Part shown: positions 42,690 through 52,959 of the stretch, in pieces
Position numbering within the stretch: position 1 is the stretch's first letter
Layout: each line of letters begins with the position of its first letter
Source of the DNA: a bacterium
GTDB lineage: Bacteria > SAR324 > NAC60-12
DNA: 64,000 nucleotides
Reading direction: 5' to 3'
NCBI GenBank assembly: GCA_965205865.1
Contig: CBDBHR010000030.1
Location: 384,001-448,000, forward strand
Notes under the pieces: model-generated
Databases searched by the model: none
Told to the model about the DNA's origin: nothing
Seen by the model: the letters and a program-made list of their open reading frames with translations, nothing else
Program-made: the position numbers and the translations under genes

Positions 42690-43104
42690 TGTATTGCCTG
42701 TTTAATACATTTGTATTATTGGTCATTTGGTAGACATTTCTTCGGCAGTTTTAGTCCAAACATATGGTTTTGGGTTGGATTGTGCGCCTCGATGTAACTA
42801 TGGATGGCTTCGGTCAACTCGAGCACGCTTTTGAAGGCGCCTCGCCGTCGCCACTCCAACGGAATTGCCGCTGGTTCCAATCGTTTTGGCAATCTCTTGA
42901 TTCTTAAGGATCAGCAGCCAACTGCGCGCACGAAGAGCGTCTCGCATCGCTCCGGTCTGACGGCGTGCGGTTTTGCTCAATTCATCCCGTTCTTCCCGGG
43001 TCAGTTTTATACTTGGCGCTTTCCTAATGCTGTCTCCATAATGCAAATAAAAAGAACAGCTCGGTATAGCAAACCAAGGAATTATTTATACATTAATGAC
43101 ACAC
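42689..43104 (-). mobile_element. Internally deleted IS630-family remnant
   Basis: CTAG at both ends with gtgt...acac termini; KLTREERDEL...ALRAR HTH fragment. Confidence 0.6.
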
Positions 43105-43257
43105 TAGCATGCAGGAACTGACTGAAATGGATGTTTGACTTTGGTCTCTCACTGCATCGCCGAACATGTTGAGACTGTAGACGACAAGCGTGAAGTCAGG
43201 GGTGGGATGGCAGCTTCTGCCACCGCCGTCCCACAGTTGGTAGGCAATCAGCCCAAT

Positions 43258-45084
43258 CTAGAATCCCATTTCCTTCTTCAGCGCCTGGTCAATCCAGAGG
43301 CGGGCGAACAGGGAACGACGGTCCGGGCCTCCCAGATCGGATTCACCGTGATACCCCTTGAGCCATGGCTGGATCGCGTTAAAGCTGGGAGCTTTATGAC
43401 CCCATACATACGTGATCCCTAACTTCTCTAGCTGGTACATATCTGCCTCTCTAGCCAGCTTCATCTGCTCCTCAATGGTGGTAGCGGCTGCGGCGGCGTC
43501 AACCATAGCGTCATAAGCCGGGTCCCTGAATCCGGGACGTTGTGGAAGAAACTGTAGCCCCCACATAACGGAATAATCTGGCGCGGCCACCATATTCATC
43601 ATACCTTCATAACTATGTTCCTTGACACTAGAGATATGGCGAGGGACATCCACTGTCTTAATCGTCACATGAACACCGATGTCCGCCCAGTAGGCGGCCA
43701 CTATTTCTGCATAGTCTAAAGGGAAATACTCCGAGAGGTTTTCCAAGACCGTCTTGAATCGAATGCCGTCGGCGCCGCGCGGATACCCTGCCTCATCAAG
43801 CAACGCTTCTGCCCCTTTCGGGTCATAGGTATAGCGTTCCTTGATCGCTTCGGGCCACTGTTCAAAGGGGATGTGATACTCAACAAGACCATCCCCCAGC
43901 ATCCCCTGAGGTTTCCACTTTGCATAACCCTTAAAGTAGGTATTGTTAATGGTCTCCAGGTCCAGGGCCTTCTGCATGGCTATGCGCACCCGGATGTCGT
44001 CAAAGGGCGGCTTGAGCATGTCCAGAGCAAAAGTCTGATTCGCTCGAGAGAATTGCGAGAACAGCTCGATTTCGGGGTTAGTCCGCCGGAGGCTTTCTAC
44101 CTGATCGATAGACTTTATGTCAGCGGAGGCGTTGTGACCGATGTAATCCAGCTTACCTGAGCGAAGTGCCGCCAGAATGGTCGCGTCATCTTTCATAATC
44201 AGGCCCCTTAACTGGTCCGCATAGGGCAGGCGGTTCTGCGTGTATTTTTCGTCGGTGCCCCAGTAGTCAGGGTTCTTGTCATAGGTCATAGAACTGCCAT
44301 CGACCCAGTCGGTCATCATCCAGGGCCCGGTGCCGACCAGATTTCTCCAATCCCTAATGTCGCCGTGTTGCTGGATGACCTCAGGCGGTAATACCCAGGG
44401 ACAGCGGCCGATGAGGATCTCCCTCAGCGCATCGAGGTTTACCGCCTTCAGCTTGATCACAACCGTCCATTTGTCGGTGGCCGTTATCGATTCGAAGGGG
44501 AGCTTGACGAGTACCGCACAAATGCCTGCAGGGGTAGGTTCGCTGAAGCCGCTGCCCAGACCTAATATCCGGTGGAAGGAATACTCGACATCACTGGCAG
44601 TTAGCTCCCGACCTGACATGGGTGCCTTATTGTGCCAGTGAACGCCCTGGCGAATCTTGAACACGTACGTGAGAGGATCCGGGGTCTCCCAGCTTTCCGC
44701 CAGCTGCCCTTTTATGGCAAACAGAGGGAATAATTGATTTTGGAAGCGAAATAAATTCCTGTCCGTTGCCCAGTTCCCGATGCCCAGCTTCTCTGCAACG
44801 CCACTGAGGGGGTCGCAGGTAGGCCCGAGGTAGATGGCAGTACTCGGAGGCACGCACTTCTGGGCATAGGTGATTGTCCCGCCGTACTCAGGTACGCTCA
44901 CCATTTTACCCGTGGTCGGATCTTTGACCATCTTTTTCTCAGCAGCCACGACCGAACTGACTCCGAGGGCGGCCACCATCAGGGTGAGGGTGAGCAACAA
45001 GGATTGCAATTTTGCAGCAGACCAGGCGCCTGCCGGGTTCAGCCCCACGAGAGGGGTAAAAAGTTGCTTGATATACATGTCCAT
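43258..45084 (-). CDS. ABC transporter substrate-binding protein, family 5 (paralogue of 11330..13096)
   Basis: DPTTG..V..P.YGGT, LAESWE, VGTGPW and NPDYW motifs; signal peptide. Confidence 0.95.
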   Translation of the reverse strand: MDMYIKQLFTPLVGLNPAGAWSAAKLQSLLLTLTLMVAALGVSSVVAAEKKMVKDPTTGKMVSVPEYGGTITYAQKCVPPSTAIYLGPTCDPLSGVAEKLGIGNWATDRNLFRFQNQLFPLFAIKGQLAESWETPDPLTYVFKIRQGVHWHNKAPMSGRELTASDVEYSFHRILGLGSGFSEPTPAGICAVLVKLPFESITATDKWTVVIKLKAVNLDALREILIGRCPWVLPPEVIQQHGDIRDWRNLVGTGPWMMTDWVDGSSMTYDKNPDYWGTDEKYTQNRLPYADQLRGLIMKDDATILAALRSGKLDYIGHNASADIKSIDQVESLRRTNPEIELFSQFSRANQTFALDMLKPPFDDIRVRIAMQKALDLETINNTYFKGYAKWKPQGMLGDGLVEYHIPFEQWPEAIKERYTYDPKGAEALLDEAGYPRGADGIRFKTVLENLSEYFPLDYAEIVAAYWADIGVHVTIKTVDVPRHISSVKEHSYEGMMNMVAAPDYSVMWGLQFLPQRPGFRDPAYDAMVDAAAAATTIEEQMKLAREADMYQLEKLGITYVWGHKAPSFNAIQPWLKGYHGESDLGGPDRRSLFARLWIDQALKKEMGF

Positions 45085-45649
45085 GAGAACTCCTTATACA
45101 TGATTTTGACAATACTTCACCCAGCCATTGAGCCCATCGAAAGAACGGGTGCTCGAACGCCCGGATGAGGAAAAAAAGATTCCCGGGGAGGATCAATCGT
45201 TTTCAATTCCTCTCACGATATTGTTCAATCGATCGGGAACCCTCTCATTCACTAAAACAACTTAGCGAAGGCATGATCCTAGTACAATAACAACAACGCA
45301 ATGTCTAGCCCCAAATGCAAAAAAATGCGGGATTCGCAAAAAAAAATAAAAAATCAATAAATCTGCTCAAATCCGGGGACAGTCAGAAGCCGTTCAGTTC
45401 AATAACGTTGAAAAAAGATTCCCGAGGAGGATCAATCGTTTTCACATCCTCCCAGGGTATTGTTCAATCGATCGAGTGGGAACCCTCCCACAGCTAATTT
45501 TGAATCAAACGAGCGGAAATCCTCTCCTTCCCTAAAACAACAAGGCATGATTTCAGCACTACTACGCGGCGCAAAGCCTATAGCAAGTTTGGATCAGGAG
45601 AATTGCGCAACAATGGAGGTCAGCTATAAAAAGATATATTGCGGTCAAT

Positions 45650-45835
45650 CTTCGGCATGAGCCAAAAAGCGAATGTTCGCTCCACAGTCCAGCGTTTTTT
45701 CCAACGGCGATAATGATCGTAAACGCTTTGCCAGGGAGGTAAATCATGGGCAAGCATGCTCCACTGACAACCCGTTTTCAGGACATACAAAATCGCATTG
45801 ACGATGCTATGTTTGCTATGAATACTTTTGGCCAC
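45650..45835 (-). pseudogene. IS5-family transposase remnant
   Basis: NAILYVLKTGCQW...DLPPW fused to KRWTVERTFA. Confidence 0.8.
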
Positions 45836-45929
45836 GCAGGGGGCGGAACGTTTAAAAAAAGGGGAGTTTCAGTAACAAGGAGGAGCATGTGAAGCCTGTC
45901 CCGGACTTGATCCGGGGGATGCAAAGCCT

Positions 45930-46215
45930 GAGTGAGCAACTCGAGCATGGATTTCCCCTGTTTTCTGGTAGTGGAAATGGGCTCGGATACAAAATGCCTG
46001 CGTTCCTTCAGCAGTTCGGAAGCCGCCTGAGATTTTCTGTTTCAATTTGACCATGCGGATATCTCTCTCGGCTTGGTTGTTGTCAAAAGGAACTTGAAAG
46101 TCATGCATGAATAACAAGCTTTCCTTTTCAAAGAGGATCAAACGATCGAGTAAATTTTTTGCTTTCGTCTGTTTGGGGCGTTCTCGTTTCTTTTTTTGAG
46201 GACTTGCAGGATAGA
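45930..46215 (-). pseudogene. IS66-family transposase C-terminal fragment
   Basis: [26 protein letters not shown]. Confidence 0.85.
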
Positions 46216-46231
46216 GCTTGAGAATGAGATT

Positions 46232-46297
46232 GGGGTCAGGCCTTTGTTGTTGTGTTATTCAAGTATTTAAATAAGCCAATAACAAAAGCCTGACCCC
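46232..46297. mobile_element. 66-bp hairpin TIR element D
   Basis: ggggtcaggc-ctttgttgttg...caataacaaaa-gcctgacccc. Confidence 0.85.
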
Positions 46298-46906
46298 ATT
46301 TCTCCGTTCAGCGAAACCATCTGGGTCAAGCAGCCCGGCTTGGGCGCGTCGACGGCGTGGCACCAGGACGGCGCGACACATTGGGACAACCCCGAGTTGG
46401 ATCGGGGCACCCACGGTTTCAACTTCATGGCTTAGCTTCACCCCACCAATCCGACGAATGCGTTGTGGGTGATTCCAGGGACACACAAGCGGGGCAAGCT
46501 CGATATCGTCGCACGGATCCAAGCCAATGGAGGTTCAGACCGTCTCCCGGACGCCGTACCGATGCTGGGAAACCCCGGCGATGTGGCGATCTGCAACCGC
46601 CAGGTGTTGCATGGCTCCTTTCCCAACACCTCACCGGGCATGCGGGCGACTTACCAGTTTGGCTTTCACCGCCGGGCTTCCCTCCTGGGCGTGAAGGGAT
46701 GGAGTGCCCAGCTCTACGACGAGACGCGGATCCATGAACGCTCCCGCATCATCGCCCTGGCCATCGATGCCCGTCACCAGCGTTTTCCCCATGAACCGCG
46801 CTACCTCTATCAGCCACTGACCGATGAGCTGGACGCCATCCACTGGAACAGCTTCACGCGCGAGCACCTTTTGAAAAACTACAACCGGAAAGACATGTCG
46901 GTCTGA
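46298..46906 (+). pseudogene. Phytanoyl-CoA dioxygenase (PhyH) family; 5'-truncated at the TIR, internal TAG at ~46433
   Basis: IWVKQPG...AWHQD...LWVIPGTH...HGSFPN...R. Confidence 0.85.
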
Positions 46907-47045
46907 GCATAACCGCTGAGAAGGCTCGGGCAGAAGCTTGTCTCCTGAGACGAAAGGGGGATGGGCCTCACTTCGGCCAATGGATTAATAGGGGACAGGT
47001 CAAGCAAGCCTACAATAAGCACCGAACAATAAACCAGAAATCATC

Positions 47046-47090
47046 ATGACAGAAGATAATGTTGACTTTTTAGTCATTGGTTCAGGGATT
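47046..47090 (+). pseudogene. First 15 codons of an FAD-dependent oxidoreductase (NadB-like), cut by the TIR
   Basis: MTEDNVDFLVIGSGI| ends inside a Rossmann GxGxxG motif at the GGGG. Confidence 0.55.
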
Positions 47091-47584
47091 GGGGTCAGGC
47101 CTGCGACTTTGGGAGTTTAAGTTTAAATTTCCCGTTTGATCTCTTCGACACGGTTTTGCAGATCAGGAGACTTTCTGATTTTTTGTCTCAGCTGATGGAT
47201 TCTGGCACTGATCGTCGAATCATCTCGATTGAGCTTGTTTGCCAGCTCTCTGATTGTCGCGGACTTCAAGTTGAAAGCGATCATTCCAACCACGGCCAGC
47301 GCTTCACTGAACTTGCGGGACTGCCCCGCATTTTTTAATTGTTCCTCCTCAATCCGATAAACCTCCGAAACCCGCTGAATAATCTTTTCTAAAGAAGGAG
47401 GCGCGTGAGGCTTCGTTTTCAGTTGCTCGAAAACAGAACTCAGGAAATGATCTTCTCCGATTACTTCGGGATGAGTTGACCCTTTTTTAAAATTCACTTC
47501 GGAGGCGATTCCCCTTCTTTCATGAATATAAGTCGCATAGAATTTCCTCGCCTCAGAACGATCTGAGGAAAAGAGAGACAATCC
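47091..47584 (-). mobile_element. TIR element E: 3' half of the element C transposase with one TIR
   Basis: Near-identical to 38554-39046; C-terminus intact. Confidence 0.92.
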
Positions 47585-47915
47585 GGGTGCGCCAGGCTAT
47601 GCAGATGGCTCTGCAAAGAGGAAACGCAAACGAGGCCTCCTGCCCACTGATCAACCCGTTCAATTGATAAGCGGACAAAAGGAGACCTCCCTTTTTCCTT
47701 CTTGAGAATCGCTGTTTTTTCTTCTTCCTCGAGTCAGGGTGAAAAAAATCAAGCCTGAGAGAATCTATTCTTTTTTTGTCGTATCATCCTAAGCAGAACG
47801 GTTGTTTGTGAAGAGGGTCACCTTTTGTCTTTGATGTGACGGACAATCTAACGTATGATTGGAGCGCATTTTGGACTGATACCGTCTTTCTCCCGATTCG
47901 CAGGAACGGTCAATC

Positions 47916-49019
47916 ATGGAAACATTCGAGGTTCTCAAATTTTTTCAAACCCAGTTGCTTGGCATTTCGATACAAAATTTGCTGATTGCATTTGGTATTC
48001 TGCTGGCAGGATTTTTCGTACGAAAAATCGTTATGGTTATTTTCGCGCATTTGATCCAAAAAGCGCGAGGGTCCCGTTTTCAATTCGATCATCTTTTTTT
48101 AGAGAGTCTGAATAAACCCATCGGCTGGGTTCCTCCGCTGATTGCCGTCTATGCGGCCTCCCTGGTATTGCAGCTACCGACGGAACCGGTTGATGTGGAA
48201 CGATTTGTGGAAGCATTGTTTCGGGCGAGTTGGATTTTGTTAGGGATCTGGATTGCCCTTCGACTTTTCGAAGTGCTTTGTAATCTTTGGATGGATGCGG
48301 CCATTGAAACGGAAACGAAGCTCGACGACCAGATGATTCCCATTCTTCGCAAAGCCGGACGAGCCTTTTTGATTTTGCTGGGAATCATACTTTTCGTGCA
48401 AAACATGGGTTATTCCGTCGGCAGTTTGATTGCCAGTCTGGGTCTGGGAGGCGCTGCTATTGCTCTGGCTTCGAGGGACACGTTGGCCAATCTCTTTGGT
48501 TCGCTGGTCATTTTTTTCGATCGCCCTTTCCAAATTGGAGACTGGATAGAGGTGGATAATATCGAAGGTACGGTTGAAGACGTGGGGTTACGCACCATCC
48601 GCATCCGTACCTTCGCCAACAGCTTGATCACGGTGCCGAATTCCCATTTTACCACCAGCGTCATCAACAACTGGTCCCGCATGCAAAAAAGACGGATCAA
48701 ACTGACTGTTGGAGTGACCTACGGGACCTCCGCCCGGCAGATGCAGGCGGCATTGCAAGGAATCAGGACGATCATTCTGGAAGATGATCAGCTCCACCAT
48801 GACTTCTTTCTGGTCAATTTTGTCGGGTTCGGCGCCTACAGCCTCGATATTCTGGTATACTGCTTCAGCGTCACCACCGTCTGGCAGGAACACATGGACG
48901 TGAAAGAATCGTTTCTTTTGAAAATCATGACGAAAATTGAAGAATTGGGACTGGAATTTGCTTTTCCCACCCAAACCCTGCACCTTGATCCTCCCCAAGC
49001 GGAAGAGGATCTCAAGTAA
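47916..49019 (+). CDS. mscS: MscS-family mechanosensitive channel
   Basis: SLGLGGAAIALA, PFQIGDWI, GTVEDVGLR and FAFPTQT motifs. Confidence 0.93.
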   Translation: METFEVLKFFQTQLLGISIQNLLIAFGILLAGFFVRKIVMVIFAHLIQKARGSRFQFDHLFLESLNKPIGWVPPLIAVYAASLVLQLPTEPVDVERFVEALFRASWILLGIWIALRLFEVLCNLWMDAAIETETKLDDQMIPILRKAGRAFLILLGIILFVQNMGYSVGSLIASLGLGGAAIALASRDTLANLFGSLVIFFDRPFQIGDWIEVDNIEGTVEDVGLRTIRIRTFANSLITVPNSHFTTSVINNWSRMQKRRIKLTVGVTYGTSARQMQAALQGIRTIILEDDQLHHDFFLVNFVGFGAYSLDILVYCFSVTTVWQEHMDVKESFLLKIMTKIEELGLEFAFPTQTLHLDPPQAEEDLK

Positions 49020-49194
49020 TTTAAAGCTCAATAGCAGTCCGTTTTTTCTCGAGAAAAATTTCTCGTACGGGCAAAATTATAATTGATGAAGAGAAAAAAT
49101 AATTTTATATTGATTGATTGATCGATATGATCCTTAATAGCATGAAAATTTTCAGTCATTGTAGCGAATAAATTTTTAATTTTCGGATTCCCTC

Positions 49195-49938
49195 ATGCAT
49201 CCATTCCTTTTTTCCGCTTTCATAGCAACGCTTGCCACCTCATTTGTCGCCTTATTTTTTCTGACGAGTGGTTCATTCATAATGGCCGAGGAACAACCGA
49301 TCGCATTCAGTCATGATGAGCATGCCACTCAAAATCAAATACCCTGTCAATACTGCCACATTTATGCGAGGCGATCTTTTTCCTCAGGTGTGCCTCCTGT
49401 CAGTATTTGTCTGGGTTGTCACGGGACGAAGGAAGCTCCCTTGATCCTGCCGGAAAGTGTGGAAGTGAATAAAATGCGGGACTATTGGGCAAAACAGGAA
49501 CCCATTCCCTGGGTCAAAATTCACGACATTCCCGACTTTGTGCGTTTCCCTCACACGAAACACGTCAACGCTGATTCCGAGCGTTTCAAGGAAGGCGCGG
49601 AAAAGGGTTGTGACGAGACCAGCGATGAACGTTCACTGGCGTGTAAAGTGAAATTTTTCAAACAAGGAGGAGACGACCGCTGCATGGCCTGCCATGGTGG
49701 AATAAAAACGATGGAAGTAGCGCAAGTGGTCGACAGTAACTTTGGCGAGATGGGATGGTGTCTGCAATGCCACCTCGAAGTGAAAGGGGCAGTTGCCAGG
49801 AAAAGTGCGCTCAGCACCCTTCAGGGTTGGTTCAATGCCAAAGAACAAGATGAAAAACGAGAAAAATTGATTGGATTGGAAAACGCGAAAGGGTACCACA
49901 ATCCTGTTCTCACAGACTGTTACAGTTGTCATTATTAG
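49195..49938 (+). CDS. actA: Pentahaem cytochrome c, alternative complex III subunit A
   Basis: Five CxxCH motifs; QPIAFSH; N-terminal TM helix. Confidence 0.85.
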   Translation: MHPFLFSAFIATLATSFVALFFLTSGSFIMAEEQPIAFSHDEHATQNQIPCQYCHIYARRSFSSGVPPVSICLGCHGTKEAPLILPESVEVNKMRDYWAKQEPIPWVKIHDIPDFVRFPHTKHVNADSERFKEGAEKGCDETSDERSLACKVKFFKQGGDDRCMACHGGIKTMEVAQVVDSNFGEMGWCLQCHLEVKGAVARKSALSTLQGWFNAKEQDEKREKLIGLENAKGYHNPVLTDCYSCHY

Positions 49939-49949
49939 GAGACGTTGCA

Positions 49950-52925
49950 ATGAAAAAAGGCCTCAGTAGAAGAAATTTATTCAAATACATGGGATTGGGT
50001 GGCGCAACGGCGCTGGCAGCGAGTTGTGAGCAAAAACCTGAAAAATTGATCCCCTTGCTGCTCCCTCCCAATGAGTTTGAATACACTCCCCAGACGGCAT
50101 ACCAATATATGACCACCTGCCAGGAATGCTCGGCAGGCTGCGGTATGATGGTCACTGCCCGGGAAGGCCGGGCCCAAAAAGCGGAAGGCAACCCCAATCA
50201 CCCTGTCAACCAAGGGGCGCTTTGCGCCAAGGGGCAGGCATCCATGCAAGCGCTCTACAATCCGGATCGACTCGCTTTTCCTCAACAATCCGCAAGGCCA
50301 TTGAGCTGGGCTGATGCGGTGAATATTTTTACGGAGAAAGTACAGGGGGCCGCCGGACAAATCGCATATCTCGGCAAACCGCTCACAGGGAGTGATGGTC
50401 CCTTCATCGAGCAATGGCTTGCGGCCGCAGGTGGAGGAAAACGGGTCAACTTCGAGGTCCAATCGCGGGTCAGCGAAAGAACTGCCAATCAAATTGCGTT
50501 TGGGCGGGCGGAGCTGCCGCATTATGCTCTTGAAAAAGCCAAATATTTGCTCAACTTCAGCAGCGATTTTATGGAAACCTGGGGCAGTGTCGTGGAAAAC
50601 ACCCGTCAATTCACTGCCATGCATGCCTATCAAAATGGCCATAAAAACAAATTCCTGCATGTGGGACCGCATGTTTCCCTGACTGGCGCCAAAGCCGATG
50701 AATGGGTGCCGATCAAACCGGGCGCCGAAGGCATGATGGCATTGGCCATTGCCCAGCAAGTGCGCAATACAAAGGATAATTACAAATTCTTGGAGGGATA
50801 TCTCGCTGAATTCGCCCCGGAAAAAGTTGCGGATCAAATCGGAATCACTGCTGAAACCATCAAAAGAATCGCCGGGGAATTCGAGTCTCATTCCCCAAGC
50901 CTCGCTTTGGGTGGAGGCAACATAGTGGCCACGGAACACGGTACCAGCACTCTGGTTGCGATCAATATCTTGAATGCAGTTGCCGGGAATCTTGGCGAGA
51001 CGGTGCGGTTTCTCGATCAAACGACTGCTGTTCCCGACTCGCACCGGGAAGTACTGCAACTGATCCGGGATTTGAATGAGGAGAAAGTCAGAGTACTGAT
51101 CATTGACGATGTCAATCCGGTTTATGCGTTGCCTCCTTCGTTCGGCTTCGCGCAAGCCATGCAGAAGGCATTTGTGGTGGCTCTCTCGACATTCCGGGAT
51201 GAAACCACAAGCCAAGCCGACCTTGTTCTTCCCACGCTGACCGCTTATGAAAGCTGGGGAGACACCTTTCTGCGCTCCGGAATCCGCAGTATCATGCAAC
51301 CGGTGATGTCACCGGTGGACAAATTTGACGCAAAAGCCAAAGCCGATGTTTTGCTGGCGGTCAACAAGCAGCTGGGGACAGGTCAGTTTGCAGGTGTTGG
51401 CAGCTATCAGGATTATTTAAAAAACGTCTGGGCCGGAATTCACGCAGAGACGGACAGCAGCGATCCATTCGCCGCTTTTTGGATAAAAACATTGGAAATG
51501 GGGGGATTATTCAATGAAGCGACGCCTGTCCATGTCTTCTTGCAGCCGGATGTGAGCAAGTACAAACCACAAGCCCCCCAACTGGAAGGAACAGGTCTGA
51601 CTTTGTTGCCTTCACCCTCCTTGATGATGGGAGATGGCAGTGGAGCCAACAGACCCTGGTTGCAGGAAATTCCAAATCCCATGACTCAAATCGTCTGGGA
51701 TTCCTGGGTCGAGATCAATCCCGATACCGCCAGAAAGTTGGCCATTGGAGATCGGGAAGTCGTACGGGTGAGCACGCCTCACGGCAGTGTGGAAGCAACG
51801 GCTTATTACCATTTTGGTATTCATAGAGATGCCATCGCAATCCCTTTAGGCCAGGGGCATACGCGCTCGGGTCCGGTTGCGGACAATTACGGAGTCAATG
51901 TTCTTGATTTGCTCCCGCTAAAAACCGACCCGGACTCCGGGGATCTCAGTTGGGTCAGTGTCAATGCCCAAGTCGTCCGCGCATCACAGCGTTCCTATAC
52001 CGTCAACGTCGATGGCAACGCCCGTCAATTGGGTCGCAACATCGCCTTGGCCACAACGCTGGAAGCACTTAAAAATCCGCAGTCCGATGACAACGGTCAC
52101 CCGCAACGCCCCACGGAAGCATATCCTCCACGCCGGGAAACGGCTGGATACTACAAACCATATCGTTGGGGGATGACCATTGATCTGGATCGTTGCAATG
52201 GCTGTTCGGCCTGTGTGGTTGCTTGTTATGCGGAAAACAATTTACCAGTAGTAGGTAAAGAACGAACCGGGTTGGGACGCGAAATGTCTTGGATCCGCAT
52301 CGATCGCTATATTGAAGGACATGGAGATGATTTTGAAACTCGCTTCGCTCCCATTACTTGTCAGCAATGCGAGAATGCAGGTTGTGAACCCGTCTGTCCG
52401 GTATATGCCACCTATCACAATTCTGAAGGATTGAACGTACAAGCCTACAATCGCTGCGTGGGAACCCGGTATTGTTCCAACAACTGCGCCTACAAAGTGC
52501 GCCGCTTCAATTGGTTCAATTACGAATTTCCCGAGCCTCTCAATCAACAGTTGAACAGCTCCATTACCACCCGCAGTGTGGGAGTGATGGAAAAATGCAC
52601 CTTTTGCGTGCAGCGTATCAAACAGTCCCAAAGCGCCGCTCGTCAGTTGGGACGCGACGTCAAGGATGGGGAGGTTTTGACGGCTTGTCAACAGACTTGT
52701 CCAACGCAAGCCATCACCTTTGGCAATCTGATGGACCCCGAAAGCCAAGTTTCTCGAAATGCCAGGCGGAGGGAAAACGGAGAGGGTGAAAATGGCGCAA
52801 AAAATCGGGACCGTCAATATGAAATGATTGCTGAATTAAATTACAAACCAGCCATCACGTATCTCAAGAAAGTCAATCTGCATGACGCGCCGTCGTTCCA
52901 TCATGGCGAAGAATCACACAGCTAA
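49950..52925 (+). CDS. actB: Molybdopterin-oxidoreductase-like/Fe-S fusion, ACIII subunit B
   Basis: Tat motif SRRNLF and lipobox-like AASC; C-terminal Fe-S motifs; GVMEKCTFC. Confidence 0.9.
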   Translation: MKKGLSRRNLFKYMGLGGATALAASCEQKPEKLIPLLLPPNEFEYTPQTAYQYMTTCQECSAGCGMMVTAREGRAQKAEGNPNHPVNQGALCAKGQASMQALYNPDRLAFPQQSARPLSWADAVNIFTEKVQGAAGQIAYLGKPLTGSDGPFIEQWLAAAGGGKRVNFEVQSRVSERTANQIAFGRAELPHYALEKAKYLLNFSSDFMETWGSVVENTRQFTAMHAYQNGHKNKFLHVGPHVSLTGAKADEWVPIKPGAEGMMALAIAQQVRNTKDNYKFLEGYLAEFAPEKVADQIGITAETIKRIAGEFESHSPSLALGGGNIVATEHGTSTLVAINILNAVAGNLGETVRFLDQTTAVPDSHREVLQLIRDLNEEKVRVLIIDDVNPVYALPPSFGFAQAMQKAFVVALSTFRDETTSQADLVLPTLTAYESWGDTFLRSGIRSIMQPVMSPVDKFDAKAKADVLLAVNKQLGTGQFAGVGSYQDYLKNVWAGIHAETDSSDPFAAFWIKTLEMGGLFNEATPVHVFLQPDVSKYKPQAPQLEGTGLTLLPSPSLMMGDGSGANRPWLQEIPNPMTQIVWDSWVEINPDTARKLAIGDREVVRVSTPHGSVEATAYYHFGIHRDAIAIPLGQGHTRSGPVADNYGVNVLDLLPLKTDPDSGDLSWVSVNAQVVRASQRSYTVNVDGNARQLGRNIALATTLEALKNPQSDDNGHPQRPTEAYPPRRETAGYYKPYRWGMTIDLDRCNGCSACVVACYAENNLPVVGKERTGLGREMSWIRIDRYIEGHGDDFETRFAPITCQQCENAGCEPVCPVYATYHNSEGLNVQAYNRCVGTRYCSNNCAYKVRRFNWFNYEFPEPLNQQLNSSITTRSVGVMEKCTFCVQRIKQSQSAARQLGRDVKDGEVLTACQQTCPTQAITFGNLMDPESQVSRNARRRENGEGENGAKNRDRQYEMIAELNYKPAITYLKKVNLHDAPSFHHGEESHS

Positions 52926-52959
52926 ACTTTAATATCCATAGCCTGACAGGAGGTTTTTT

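Noticed and set aside
46991-47000. GGGGACAGGT as a further TIR variant
   Set aside because: No partner inverted repeat or arm was found.
47587-47596. GTGCGCCAGG, identical to the first 10 nt of the intron: a possible third intron
   Set aside because: The sequence diverges immediately afterwards, there is no DV, and it is better explained as the IRVRQAMQMAL SBP patch.
49977-51299. Long antisense ORFs (also 2694..3428, 55572..56411, 41628..42248)
   Set aside because: They are shadows of well-supported genes on the opposite strand and carry no motifs.
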